Below, in pieces: positions 18,397-27,447 of a stretch of 64,000 bases of DNA (position 1 is its first letter; each line of letters starts with the position of its first letter). Source of the DNA: a virus (Duplodnaviria > Caudoviricetes); IMG/VR virus record IMGVR_UViG_3300020577_011595, positions 1-64,000 of that record. One strand, written 5' to 3'. The notes under the pieces are model-generated. The model was not told the origin of the DNA and made no database searches. It saw only the letters and a list, made by a program, of their open reading frames with translations. Both the position numbers and the translations under genes were made by a program.

Positions 18397-18815
18397 GGCT
18401 CCTCGCCGGCTCCAGCCCTCGCCGGTGGCGAGGACGCCCGGGCCGCGGGCTGCCCGAGCAGCCGCTTCGCCGTCGCCACGATCCCGTCGTACCCGACCTT
18501 GCACACGACGCCGGCCAGCGTGCCGGTCTCGAGCGCACCCGCGAACTCGAAGCCCTCCTTCGAGAGCCCGTCGGGGATCGGGAGCACGGGGTAGCCGGCG
18601 AGCGCGGCGCAGCCTGCGGCGAGCCCGATGAGCAGGCCCGCAAGCACGGGGTGCGCGGGCAGGGTGACGTAGTAGGCGCCCCGCCATCCGTGGTCCCCGG
18701 CCTTCGCCTTGATCACGCGCTTGGCGATCTCGCCGAGGGTCCCGAGGGTGAGCGCGAGCACGATGATCGTCGGGCTCGCGAGAAGGTCCGTCCAGACTCC
18801 CATGCTGTCCTCCAC
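18393..18815 (-). CDS. Holin-like multi-TM protein
   Basis: Two to three hydrophobic helices in 140 aa, directly downstream of the tail genes. Confidence 0.55.
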   Translation of the reverse strand: MEDSMGVWTDLLASPTIIVLALTLGTLGEIAKRVIKAKAGDHGWRGAYYVTLPAHPVLAGLLIGLAAGCAALAGYPVLPIPDGLSKEGFEFAGALETGTLAGVVCKVGYDGIVATAKRLLGQPAARASSPPARAGAGEEP

Positions 18816-21470
18816 TCAGGGCACGTACGCGTTGACGAGGTTGAGGTCCTGGCCCGCCTCGTTGAACCCGCGACCGGCCGCGCCCGAGCCGTTCGCGTCG
18901 ATGTTCCCGCTCGGGCACACGTTGCCCATGATGAGGTGGTTGGCCGTGCTGAACCGGACGAAGACGTTGGGCCCTCCCGCGGTCAGCAGGCCCGTGCAGT
19001 TGGTGACGCGGATGCGGATCGCGGCGACGAGGTCGGCGAAGTTGCCCGCGGTCGCAGTCGTCGTCGAGTGCTCGCAGTCGTCGATCGAGATCCCGGTGGG
19101 GGTGCCCGCCGACTGGAACGCGTAGCCGCCGCAGTCGCGGAAGATGGTGCCGCGCATCCAGACTCCGGTCTGCGTCCCGGCGCCGTCGATGAAGATCGTG
19201 CGGGAGTTGGCCGAGTTGCTGGCCCAGCTCTCGAAGAGGGTCCCCTCGATCCTGACGTCCTGCACGTCGTCGAGGCGAAGCGCGCCGTACCCCGCCGCCG
19301 GGGCGATGACCGCGCCGAAGCCGGCTTCCTGGCCGAGCAGGGTCCCTCCGCGGATCGTGAGCCGCGAGCAGTCGTCGAGGTTCAGCGCGCGGACGCGCGT
19401 GACGCCCGCCGCCCAATCGGTGCCCTGGATGTTCCGCAGCTCGCCGAACGTCGAGCCGCCCGTGAGGATGACGCCGTCGAAGCGCCCCGAGCCGCCGCCC
19501 GCGGCGTTGCCGCAACCCACGAAGGCGAGCGAGTCGAGGAGGAAGTGATCCGTGTCGTCGAGGCGCACGCCGCCCGCGTCGAGCGACGTCGAGAGGGCGA
19601 ACCGACAGTCCTCTACCCGCACGTGGGCCCCGTCCTCGACGCACACGGACCAGCCCGTGCCGTCCGTGGTGCCCGTGCCGCCGTCGACGGCGTGCGTGCC
19701 GTTGCTCGACGCGTCGTCGAACTGGCAGCCCGCGATGAGCCAGTCGAAGGGCGACGCACCGTTGTAGGTGCGGCCGTCGATCGCGTTCTCTTCGGTGCCG
19801 TGCGAGATCACGCAGTCGATGACGCGGAAGCGTCGCGCGCAGCGCGCGTCGATGAGGGCGACCGAGCCCGTGTAGACGGCGCTCGTGCGCCCCGTGATCG
19901 TGCAGTTGCGGATCTCGAAGCCGTTGACGCTGTCGATGCCCGGAACTCCGGCGCTCGCGGCGCGCAGCACGAGCTGGCAGCTCGTGAGCTGGCAGTGCTC
20001 GATCACGCCCATCTCGCGCTCGGTGGGACGCGAGCCCGTACCGTCGTCGTTGTAGAGCTGGATCCGCCCCTTGACGGTCGAATGCGAGATCCGGCTCGAC
20101 CGCGCGTCCGCCGCGCGGATGGCGAAGCCCGCGTCGACGGCGGGCGTCGACTGCTCGATCGTGCACCCGATGATCTCGACCGCTCCCGTCGAGCTGAACA
20201 TCCCGCGGCCGCCCGCGGTGGTGCCTGTCCAGAGCACCTCGAGCCCCTCGAGCGTGAGCCTCGACGAGGACGTCGACGAGACGCTCACTCCGTACTCGCT
20301 CACTGCGAGCGCGGCACCGTCGATGGTGATCCGAGGCCGCCCGTAGACGCCCGGGTTGGCCTGTGCGTGGGTCGTGCCAGCTCGGATGGTCACGTGCAGC
20401 GGCTCGCCCGTGCCGCCCGCGAGGGTCTTGGGCCCCGAGAGCAGGTAGCCGTTGCCCGCGATGCCTCCGTGCACGACGATCGTGATCTTCTCGGCGCGGT
20501 TCGCAGCGGCGAGGCCCGCGACGTGCGCGAGGCACGAGTCGAGGCCCGTCGAGCCGTTGAAGTCGCCGAAGGTCGAGACGCCATCGCCGACGCTGTAGGT
20601 GATCGTGTCGACGGTGCGCAGGCTCTTGGTTGCGACGCCGAGCGCGTCGGCCGGGTCGTGCGCGGAGTAGACGCGGGAGAACCAGTCCCAGCGTGCGTCG
20701 TCGCTCGCGCCCTTGAGGTCTTGGATCTGCCGCGCGAGGGCGCGCAGCACGGGGTAGACCTCGTTGAGCCCGACCGAAGACGAGCCGCGAGCGGTCGATC
20801 GGCTGAAGTCCGCCATCCCGCCGGAGCCCGTCTGCGTCGTCTGCCGGTACGGGGTCGTGCCCTCGAACGCGAAGGTGCGCGCGTCCGTGATGTTCCCGCT
20901 GACGATGGTCGCGCCGCCCCACGCGACCGTGGCGAGCGTGATCCACTCCGAACTAGGCGCGCCAGAGAGCCGCAGCTCGATGGCGGGGAGCGCCCGGGTG
21001 TCCGTGGCCGCGATGAACTCGCTGTTCGCCCCGTCGTCCCAGAAGGCGCGGTTGTCGTTCGCCCCGTCGGTGTAGACGTGGCGCATCTCGACCGTGTACG
21101 TGCCCACCGGCTGCCCCGAGAAGTCGAGCGTGTAGCTCGCGTTGCCCTCGAGCGTTCCGTCCATCCCGTCGCCGCCGATGAGCTGCCCTGCGTCGTTGCG
21201 AGCGCCGAGGTTCTCCGCGCCGATCGCGAACGAGAGGGGGTTCGCGCCGCCCGGGTCGAGGCGGACGATCACGGTCGCGTCGGGAACGCTCTGCGCCTCG
21301 ACCGCGAAGCCTCGGATGACGTAGTTGAGATAGTCGGGAGGGCTCGCGGGGTTGGGCCCGAGCAGGATCCCTCGAGCCGTCCGCCGGAACTCCCCGAGGA
21401 CGAGGTAGCTGACGGCCGTGAGGTCGGGGAGGTCGACTCGCTCCTGGGGAGAGAACTTCGGGATCTGCAT
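18816..21470 (-). CDS. Tail fibre/tailspike with right-handed beta-helix (depolymerase-like)
   Basis: ATGA-coupled start MQIPKFSPQERVDL; repeated I.NC.I/V.DC.F beta-helix rungs. Confidence 0.75.
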   Translation of the reverse strand: MQIPKFSPQERVDLPDLTAVSYLVLGEFRRTARGILLGPNPASPPDYLNYVIRGFAVEAQSVPDATVIVRLDPGGANPLSFAIGAENLGARNDAGQLIGGDGMDGTLEGNASYTLDFSGQPVGTYTVEMRHVYTDGANDNRAFWDDGANSEFIAATDTRALPAIELRLSGAPSSEWITLATVAWGGATIVSGNITDARTFAFEGTTPYRQTTQTGSGGMADFSRSTARGSSSVGLNEVYPVLRALARQIQDLKGASDDARWDWFSRVYSAHDPADALGVATKSLRTVDTITYSVGDGVSTFGDFNGSTGLDSCLAHVAGLAAANRAEKITIVVHGGIAGNGYLLSGPKTLAGGTGEPLHVTIRAGTTHAQANPGVYGRPRITIDGAALAVSEYGVSVSSTSSSRLTLEGLEVLWTGTTAGGRGMFSSTGAVEIIGCTIEQSTPAVDAGFAIRAADARSSRISHSTVKGRIQLYNDDGTGSRPTEREMGVIEHCQLTSCQLVLRAASAGVPGIDSVNGFEIRNCTITGRTSAVYTGSVALIDARCARRFRVIDCVISHGTEENAIDGRTYNGASPFDWLIAGCQFDDASSNGTHAVDGGTGTTDGTGWSVCVEDGAHVRVEDCRFALSTSLDAGGVRLDDTDHFLLDSLAFVGCGNAAGGGSGRFDGVILTGGSTFGELRNIQGTDWAAGVTRVRALNLDDCSRLTIRGGTLLGQEAGFGAVIAPAAGYGALRLDDVQDVRIEGTLFESWASNSANSRTIFIDGAGTQTGVWMRGTIFRDCGGYAFQSAGTPTGISIDDCEHSTTTATAGNFADLVAAIRIRVTNCTGLLTAGGPNVFVRFSTANHLIMGNVCPSGNIDANGSGAAGRGFNEAGQDLNLVNAYVP

Positions 21471-22552
21471 CAGAGCCTCGTTCCGAGCCGGACCTGAACG
21501 CCGGCCATGCGCACCTGGTCGAGAAGGCACCGCGCCGTGAAGAGCGGGTCCGAGAGGTAGGCCCAGCGGTCGGCCTGACCTACATCCTGCACCACCGTCT
21601 CGTCGGCCGCGAGGTAGTGGGCCTCGACCGCGCCGTAGTCGACGATCACGGCGGTTCCTGCGGCCCCGGGCGACGTGCCCATGGTGATGGTCGGGCCGAG
21701 GAAGGTGCCGCCCGGGTTGAAGTAGTTGGTGAGGCCATCGCGGAAGCCCCGGCGGGTCAGCGGGGTGTCGGCGTAGACCCCGATCACGTGGTTGACGTCG
21801 TAGTCCACGTCGACCGTGGCGAGCCCCGTCGTGAGCGCGGGCTCTCCCCCGTTCAGCACGAAGCGGCCGCGGATGTCGGTGGACAACTCGATGTCGATCT
21901 CGACGAAGACGACGAAGGGCTGCGACGTGGTGCGTTCACGGATCGTGAACGAGGTGTCGTTGCCGAAGAGCGCGGTGAGGGTCTCTTTGAACGCGTGCGC
22001 CGTGCTCTTCGGCAGGTAGGCGACCGCCTTGATCACGCGGCGGTACGCCTCGGCCGTGAGGCCGGGGCAACGGTGCATCCCGACGTTGCGGCCCACGACG
22101 TCGAGGTCCGATCCGAGGGCCGTGCGCACGAAGAACCCGCGGCGTAGCACGTCGAGCGCGCTCGTGTTGGCTGCGAGGTCGAGCACGAGCGAGCCGGCCT
22201 TGTGGGCCTTCGCCGTGGTGTTCGACGCGCCGCGCGTGAGGGTCGTGAACTGGAAGGGGTAGCGGCTGCGCCGCGTGTCCGCGAGGATGACCTCGCCGTT
22301 GATCAGGAACCGCGCGTTGCCCGCCGTGCCGCCTGCCTCGTTGTCTTCCCACTCGCCGAAGCCGATCGTGGACTCCACGAGCGCGCCCGTGACGTCGTCG
22401 GCGGGGAGGTCCTCGGTGAGCCGGGTCATGGCGCGCCCCGCGATGCGGTCGTCCTCGCCCATGATCGCGTCGAGGACCGCGCGCAGCAGTCCTCGGGGCG
22501 TCGAGGGCGTCGAGGAGCCTACGGGATCTGCTTCATCGGCCGCGGTCGGCAT
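21470..22552 (-). CDS. Baseplate wedge protein (P2 gpI-like)
   Basis: ALGSDLDVVGRNVGMHR..LTAEAYRRVIKA pattern; in the baseplate operon. Confidence 0.65.
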   Translation of the reverse strand: MPTAADEADPVGSSTPSTPRGLLRAVLDAIMGEDDRIAGRAMTRLTEDLPADDVTGALVESTIGFGEWEDNEAGGTAGNARFLINGEVILADTRRSRYPFQFTTLTRGASNTTAKAHKAGSLVLDLAANTSALDVLRRGFFVRTALGSDLDVVGRNVGMHRCPGLTAEAYRRVIKAVAYLPKSTAHAFKETLTALFGNDTSFTIRERTTSQPFVVFVEIDIELSTDIRGRFVLNGGEPALTTGLATVDVDYDVNHVIGVYADTPLTRRGFRDGLTNYFNPGGTFLGPTITMGTSPGAAGTAVIVDYGAVEAHYLAADETVVQDVGQADRWAYLSDPLFTARCLLDQVRMAGVQVRLGTRL

Positions 22553-23025
22553 CACCCACCTCGCAAGATCCGCGGGCCCGTGTCCCACTTCGGCGCGAAC
22601 TTCGATCGAACCTCGAGCACCTTGCGGCGGTAGGCGAAGGCACGGGCTGCGACGACGTCCTCGAGCACGTTGCTGTCACCGCCGGATGTCGTGACCCGCA
22701 CGTGGTAGAGGCCCCGCTCGACGGCGGGGGTGCCCACGTAGCAGCGCGTGCGCTGGACGTCGTAGCGCGGGTCGAAGATGTAGCAGGGCGCCACCGCCGC
22801 GTAGGTCCCGGGCCCGCCGAGCACCAGCTCGACGACCATGGCCTCGTCGAAGTTGGTCCCGTGCACCACCAAGATCGACCCGCCCTCCTCGTCGATGACC
22901 GCGGGAGAGACGAGGCTCGCCGTCGGGCCGGGCTCCGAGCGCACGGTCGAGATCGTCGGGGGCGGGAGGATCGTCCCCGTGCCCCACGGGCTGCCCGAGC
23001 CCCACGGTCCGATGCCCCACGTCAT
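22552..23025 (-). CDS. Structural protein with IPT/TIG-like domain
   Basis: WGIGPWGSGSPWG N-terminus; GGSILVVHGTNF...GLYHVRVTT Ig-like pattern. Confidence 0.55.
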   Translation of the reverse strand: MTWGIGPWGSGSPWGTGTILPPPTISTVRSEPGPTASLVSPAVIDEEGGSILVVHGTNFDEAMVVELVLGGPGTYAAVAPCYIFDPRYDVQRTRCYVGTPAVERGLYHVRVTTSGGDSNVLEDVVAARAFAYRRKVLEVRSKFAPKWDTGPRILRGG

Positions 23026-23264
23026 ACGAGCCTCTCCCCGAGAAGGAGGTGCGTCGAGATCGCGCCGGACCAGTTGGGGGTGGTCGCGATGGCCGCGGGC
23101 GACGGGTTGATCTGCGTCTGCGAGTAGTAGCACCAGCGGCCACCGCCACCCGAGTCCCACACCTTCTGGTCGTAGTAGACGGCGTGGGGGCCGCCCAGGT
23201 CGGGCCAGGGGTTGAACGACTCGGTCGTGCCGAGATCAACGAGGTTGGTGGTCTTCGCTGCCAT
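23022..23264 (-). CDS. Hypothetical structural protein (80 aa)
   Basis: AGGAG RBS; ATGA-coupled to the next gene. Confidence 0.65.
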   Translation of the reverse strand: MAAKTTNLVDLGTTESFNPWPDLGGPHAVYYDQKVWDSGGGGRWCYYSQTQINPSPAAIATTPNWSGAISTHLLLGERLV

Positions 23265-23270
23265 GGCTCC

Positions 23271-24362
23271 TCACGTCGGGGTCGTCGCCCCGTCCCATCG
23301 TAGCCAGTAGCCGCCGGCCTGCGCCATCAGCGTGAGCGACTGCGCCGTGTCCCGGTTCGCCTGCGCACCGGACGCGGAGATCGCGCGGATGAAGCGGGAC
23401 TCGCCCTTGATCTCTCCGATGGGAGAGATGTAGCCCCACGGCGTGTTCTGCGTGCCGGGGTTGCTGATCGCGGCCGCGCCGTACCACACGGGCTGGAGCA
23501 GATCGATGTCGGCACCGTCGTAGGGGTTCACGGTCCCGCCGTTGAGCAGGATGTCCTCCTGCGAGCCCGCGTAGGTGGGCCGGAGGATTCCGTACCGCTG
23601 AGCCGCGTCGTCGCGGGGCGCGCTGCGAGATGGCCGTCCGAGCGGACCTCCGTTCGCCTGCGTGATCGTCGGAGAGCTGCCCACGCCCGCGTCGCCGTAG
23701 GAGTGAAAGGGCACGTAGTAGGACGCGAGCACGCTCGAGGCTGCGAACGGCGTCAGATAGCAGCCGGGCGACCAGAGGATGTAGGGGTCTGCATCGCCGG
23801 CTTGGGGGTTCTCGAGGCAGTCGTAGAAGAAGCCTCCCTGGATCACGCCTGACGAGTCACGCAGGTAGCAGGCGAAGGCCCAGCCCTCGTCCGCGTCGCC
23901 GATGATGTAGTCAGCGCGAGTGATCGTGGCGCCGCCGCCGAACGAGTGCCCGGTCATGCCCGAGCTTGGACGCCGCTCGCCCATCACCAGGAACGCGTCG
24001 GTGCCCGTGGGGGCCACGTCCGCCGCATGCGCGCCGTCGTCGGTACCCGTGAACGTGCCGCCGCGCGAGTAGCTCACGGACACGAGGTCGGTCGCGATGT
24101 TCCAGTCGCTGTGCTGCCAGAGCAACTGACGGCCATCGGGGGCCTCGATGAGCCACCACGCCCGGTGGTTGGTCACCGCGCCGGCCACGGGCTCGGTCGT
24201 GGTCGAGTACGTCGTGAGCACATCCCCGACGGCGGAGTAAGTGCCTCCCGAGCCGTCGCCCGAAGAGAGCACGGTCCAGCCCGCGGTCTTCAGCTTCTCC
24301 TTCAGCTCGTACAGTGCGCGCTGCGAGCCGTGCGAGTTGTTGCAACTGAACGTGAAGGCCAT
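23271..24362 (-). CDS. Tail-associated structural protein, paralog B
   Basis: Gly/Ser/Thr/aromatic-rich; N-terminus similar to 24373..25407. Confidence 0.7.
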   Translation of the reverse strand: MAFTFSCNNSHGSQRALYELKEKLKTAGWTVLSSGDGSGGTYSAVGDVLTTYSTTTEPVAGAVTNHRAWWLIEAPDGRQLLWQHSDWNIATDLVSVSYSRGGTFTGTDDGAHAADVAPTGTDAFLVMGERRPSSGMTGHSFGGGATITRADYIIGDADEGWAFACYLRDSSGVIQGGFFYDCLENPQAGDADPYILWSPGCYLTPFAASSVLASYYVPFHSYGDAGVGSSPTITQANGGPLGRPSRSAPRDDAAQRYGILRPTYAGSQEDILLNGGTVNPYDGADIDLLQPVWYGAAAISNPGTQNTPWGYISPIGEIKGESRFIRAISASGAQANRDTAQSLTLMAQAGGYWLRWDGATTPT

Positions 24363-24372
24363 CGGAGTCTCC

Positions 24373-25407
24373 TCAGAAGGTGGGAATCGTAGTGCCGTCC
24401 CAGGGGATGCTCACCATGCCGATCGCGAGACGAGTCCGATCCTGGTTGAGCCGCATGGCTCCGAGACGACGCTGGTTCTCCATGAAGAGCCTCGACTTGC
24501 CCTTGAACCCGCGCTGCGTGGTGTGCGTCGCCCCTCCCCGCCAGTAGATGACCGGCAGCCCGGAGAACGCCTCGCCGTCGGCTCCCTCGCTCATGCGGTC
24601 GAGCGAGCGCGGGACCACCGTTCCGACCGCACCTTCCTGGCAGCCCCAGACGCAGATCGGATGCGTGGTGAAGGTCGCGCCGGTGAGGCCCTTCTTGTAC
24701 CAGCCGCGCATGCAGCCGGAAGTCTGACTCGCCGTCCGCTCGCCGATGAGCCCCGACGACGTTTGGATCGCGAACTGGTAGCTGTCGTTCACGAACTGCG
24801 TGCCGACCACCGCGGGGTCCGCGTCCGCTCCTTGCGTCTGCGTGAGCACGTCGAGGCACAAGACGGTCTCGTAGCCGGGGAAGCTGTAGTTGTTGTAGTC
24901 GATGCCCGATCGGCACCCGAAGAAGAACGAAAAGCCCTCGGTCGTGTCGCCCGCGACGATGTCCACCGCGCCGATGCCGGGCCCGCCCGAGTACGAAGGC
25001 ACGCGCAAGAAGGCCGTCGTGCCCGCGGGGTCGTTGGTGAGCGCCTGCGAGTCGGTGGCCGTCGGGAGCGCCGTCGCGCTCGGGCTCCCGCCCGTGAACC
25101 CCGTGCCGTTGGACGAGTAGCGGATTCTCCAGTCGGAGTAGTCCGCGGTGACGAGCTTGAAGAGGAACGAACGCCTCGGGGACGCACCTGAGGGCTGACG
25201 AAGCTCGAACCACGCGTCGGCGAGGTCGAGCGTGCCCGCGTAGGGGCCTCCAGGAGCGTGCGCATCGCCCGCGGCTGAGTAGACGCCGCCGGAGCCCGTG
25301 CCCGAGCGCGCGACGCTCCAGCCGGCCGCCACGAGGGCCTCCTTCAGCATCCAGATCGCCTCGCCCGGCGTGGCGGGAAACTGGTTCGGTGTGACAGTCC
25401 AGGCCAT
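24373..25407 (-). CDS. Tail-associated structural protein, paralog A
   Basis: ATG at 25407 in an ATGA overlap; LKEALVAAGWSVARSGTGSGGVYSAAGD. Confidence 0.7.
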   Translation of the reverse strand: MAWTVTPNQFPATPGEAIWMLKEALVAAGWSVARSGTGSGGVYSAAGDAHAPGGPYAGTLDLADAWFELRQPSGASPRRSFLFKLVTADYSDWRIRYSSNGTGFTGGSPSATALPTATDSQALTNDPAGTTAFLRVPSYSGGPGIGAVDIVAGDTTEGFSFFFGCRSGIDYNNYSFPGYETVLCLDVLTQTQGADADPAVVGTQFVNDSYQFAIQTSSGLIGERTASQTSGCMRGWYKKGLTGATFTTHPICVWGCQEGAVGTVVPRSLDRMSEGADGEAFSGLPVIYWRGGATHTTQRGFKGKSRLFMENQRRLGAMRLNQDRTRLAIGMVSIPWDGTTIPTF

Positions 25408-27437
25408 CAGATCGTCTCCCCGTAGACGCGCAGGTGCACGCCCTGGCACCGCGCGTCCTGCGCAGCCCCGCCCGCCGCGAGCGTGAACTCGTACCAGTCG
25501 CTCGCGGCGACCGTGTAGGCCGCCGTGATCGCCGTGTTGGCCGGCGCCCCGGTGGCCGTGAAGATCGCGACCTGGGTGCCCCCGGTGAAGCGCCGGATCC
25601 GCAGCTCGGCGGTGTCACCCCCTCCCGAGGTCGCACCGAGCATCGCGCGGCTGTCCCCCGAGATCACGCTGCCGTTCGAGAGCCAGATCATGCCTAGCGA
25701 CAGCTCGGTCGTGCCCGTCTGCTCTCCGGTGAACGCGAGGTGATGCAGCTCCGGCGTGCGGGGCACGTCGACGTTCACGATCATCTCGGTCGTGCTGATA
25801 GCGTGCCCGAGGGCCTGCGTGAACGCGCTCGTCGCCGTAGGCAGGGTCGACGTGTACTGCCCCGCTGTGCCGCCGAGGTAGACCGTGCTGCCCGTCGTGA
25901 GGCCGGACAGCCCGCTCACGTAGCCCTGCATGAGCACGAGCGCGTAGACCGTCGCCCCGTCGCCGACGCCGCCGACGAGCACGACGCCGATCGCAGGCAG
26001 GCCGTTCACGTCACAGCTCGCCTTGCCGATCGTGGTCGCGCTCTGCGGCCGCACGACCTCGCCCGCGACCAGCGTCACGCCGTTCGCGATGAGGTACTCG
26101 CGGATCGTCCCCTGGGCGTAGAGGCGCCCGCCCTTCGTGATCAGGGTCTCGCCCGCAGAGCCAGCTCGGTGCGCGAGATCCGCCACCGTCGAGCCGGCTG
26201 TGTTCGTACCCGGGCGCCAGAGGAGTCGCCCGAGGTTGTTCGTGTCGACGGGGTCCGAGCCGACGTTCGTCGTGTAGCCCTCGTGGCTCTTGATCGTGGT
26301 GCCGGTGCCCCCGCCCATGCGGATCGCGCTGTAGCCGATGATCGTGAGGGGGCTGCCGCTTTCGCCGATGTCCACGATGCCGAGCGAGCCGTCGATCGTC
26401 AGGGCGTTGGCGCCGTTGATCTCCGACATGATCGGGTTCGCGTTCGTCGCGACCGAGATCACGACGCCCGCGCCCGTCCCGCTCGAGGTGTTGACGAGCA
26501 GGCCGCGCCCTGCGCCCGTGGTGGCGATCAGGGCTGCGTCGCCCGAGCCGAGGTGCTGGATCGAGAGACCCTCGCCCGTCGCGTTCGCCCCCATGAGGAT
26601 CGACGCGCCCGTGCCGGAGTCGCCGGCCGGCGTCGGGGCGCGCTCGATCTGAAGCGCGTGCATCGGGCTGCCCGCGCCGATGTTGGCCTCCAGCTTCAGC
26701 ACGTAGGCATCGCCGGGCGAGCCGCTGCCCTGGGCGATGAGGATGCCGCCCGCGACGCTCTGTGTGATGTCGGTGCCCGCGTCGTAAGCATCTTGGAGAG
26801 TGCCTCCGCCCCCACCGCCGCCACCACCCGGGCCACTGACGATCGTGGTGCCGGACCGCATGAGGTATTCGCCATCGACGACAGCGCCCATCGTCAACGT
26901 CGTCGGGCCCGCGGTCTCTCGGAGGCCCCGGGCCTGGACCACCGTGACCGCCTGGGAACCAGTGCCCGGCCCCGCGGTCGCGTCGCCCGTGAGCTGGTTG
27001 ATCCCGCTCGCCATGGACACGAGGGCGGCCCGCACAGCGCGGAGGATGGTCTCGACGGGGTTGCCCCAGCCCTGCGCGCCACGCTGCCCCGTCTCGCCCG
27101 CCGCGGGGATGTGCCACGCGTAGGGCGCCGCGAACGCCACGGACACGAACTGCTCGTCGGAGTCGACGAGCTGGGTGCGCCCGGCGTCGGAGAACACCTT
27201 GAGGCGCAGCAGGTAGGTGCCTGCGACGTCGGGGGTGAACTGCGGCGTGGCCGACGTCGTCGACGTCAGGCCGGTCGCGGAGCCCGGTGGCTTGTAGAGC
27301 AGCTCCCACTCCCAGCCCAGGATGCCCGTGTTGTCGAAGTTGCTCGCCGTGAAGGCGACGCCGAGAAACGCGTTCGCGCGCTCGATCGAGCCGGTGGTCG
27401 GCGAGACGCCGTCGTGGAGTACGATCAGGGCTGACAT
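25407..27437 (-). CDS. Tail fibre-like protein
   Basis: PKD-like N-terminus (WEWELLYKPPGS...FTPDVAGTYLLRL), poly-Gly hinge and Gly-rich beta repeats. Confidence 0.65.
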   Translation of the reverse strand: MSALIVLHDGVSPTTGSIERANAFLGVAFTASNFDNTGILGWEWELLYKPPGSATGLTSTTSATPQFTPDVAGTYLLRLKVFSDAGRTQLVDSDEQFVSVAFAAPYAWHIPAAGETGQRGAQGWGNPVETILRAVRAALVSMASGINQLTGDATAGPGTGSQAVTVVQARGLRETAGPTTLTMGAVVDGEYLMRSGTTIVSGPGGGGGGGGGTLQDAYDAGTDITQSVAGGILIAQGSGSPGDAYVLKLEANIGAGSPMHALQIERAPTPAGDSGTGASILMGANATGEGLSIQHLGSGDAALIATTGAGRGLLVNTSSGTGAGVVISVATNANPIMSEINGANALTIDGSLGIVDIGESGSPLTIIGYSAIRMGGGTGTTIKSHEGYTTNVGSDPVDTNNLGRLLWRPGTNTAGSTVADLAHRAGSAGETLITKGGRLYAQGTIREYLIANGVTLVAGEVVRPQSATTIGKASCDVNGLPAIGVVLVGGVGDGATVYALVLMQGYVSGLSGLTTGSTVYLGGTAGQYTSTLPTATSAFTQALGHAISTTEMIVNVDVPRTPELHHLAFTGEQTGTTELSLGMIWLSNGSVISGDSRAMLGATSGGGDTAELRIRRFTGGTQVAIFTATGAPANTAITAAYTVAASDWYEFTLAAGGAAQDARCQGVHLRVYGETI

Positions 27438-27447
27438 CGGGGCTCGC

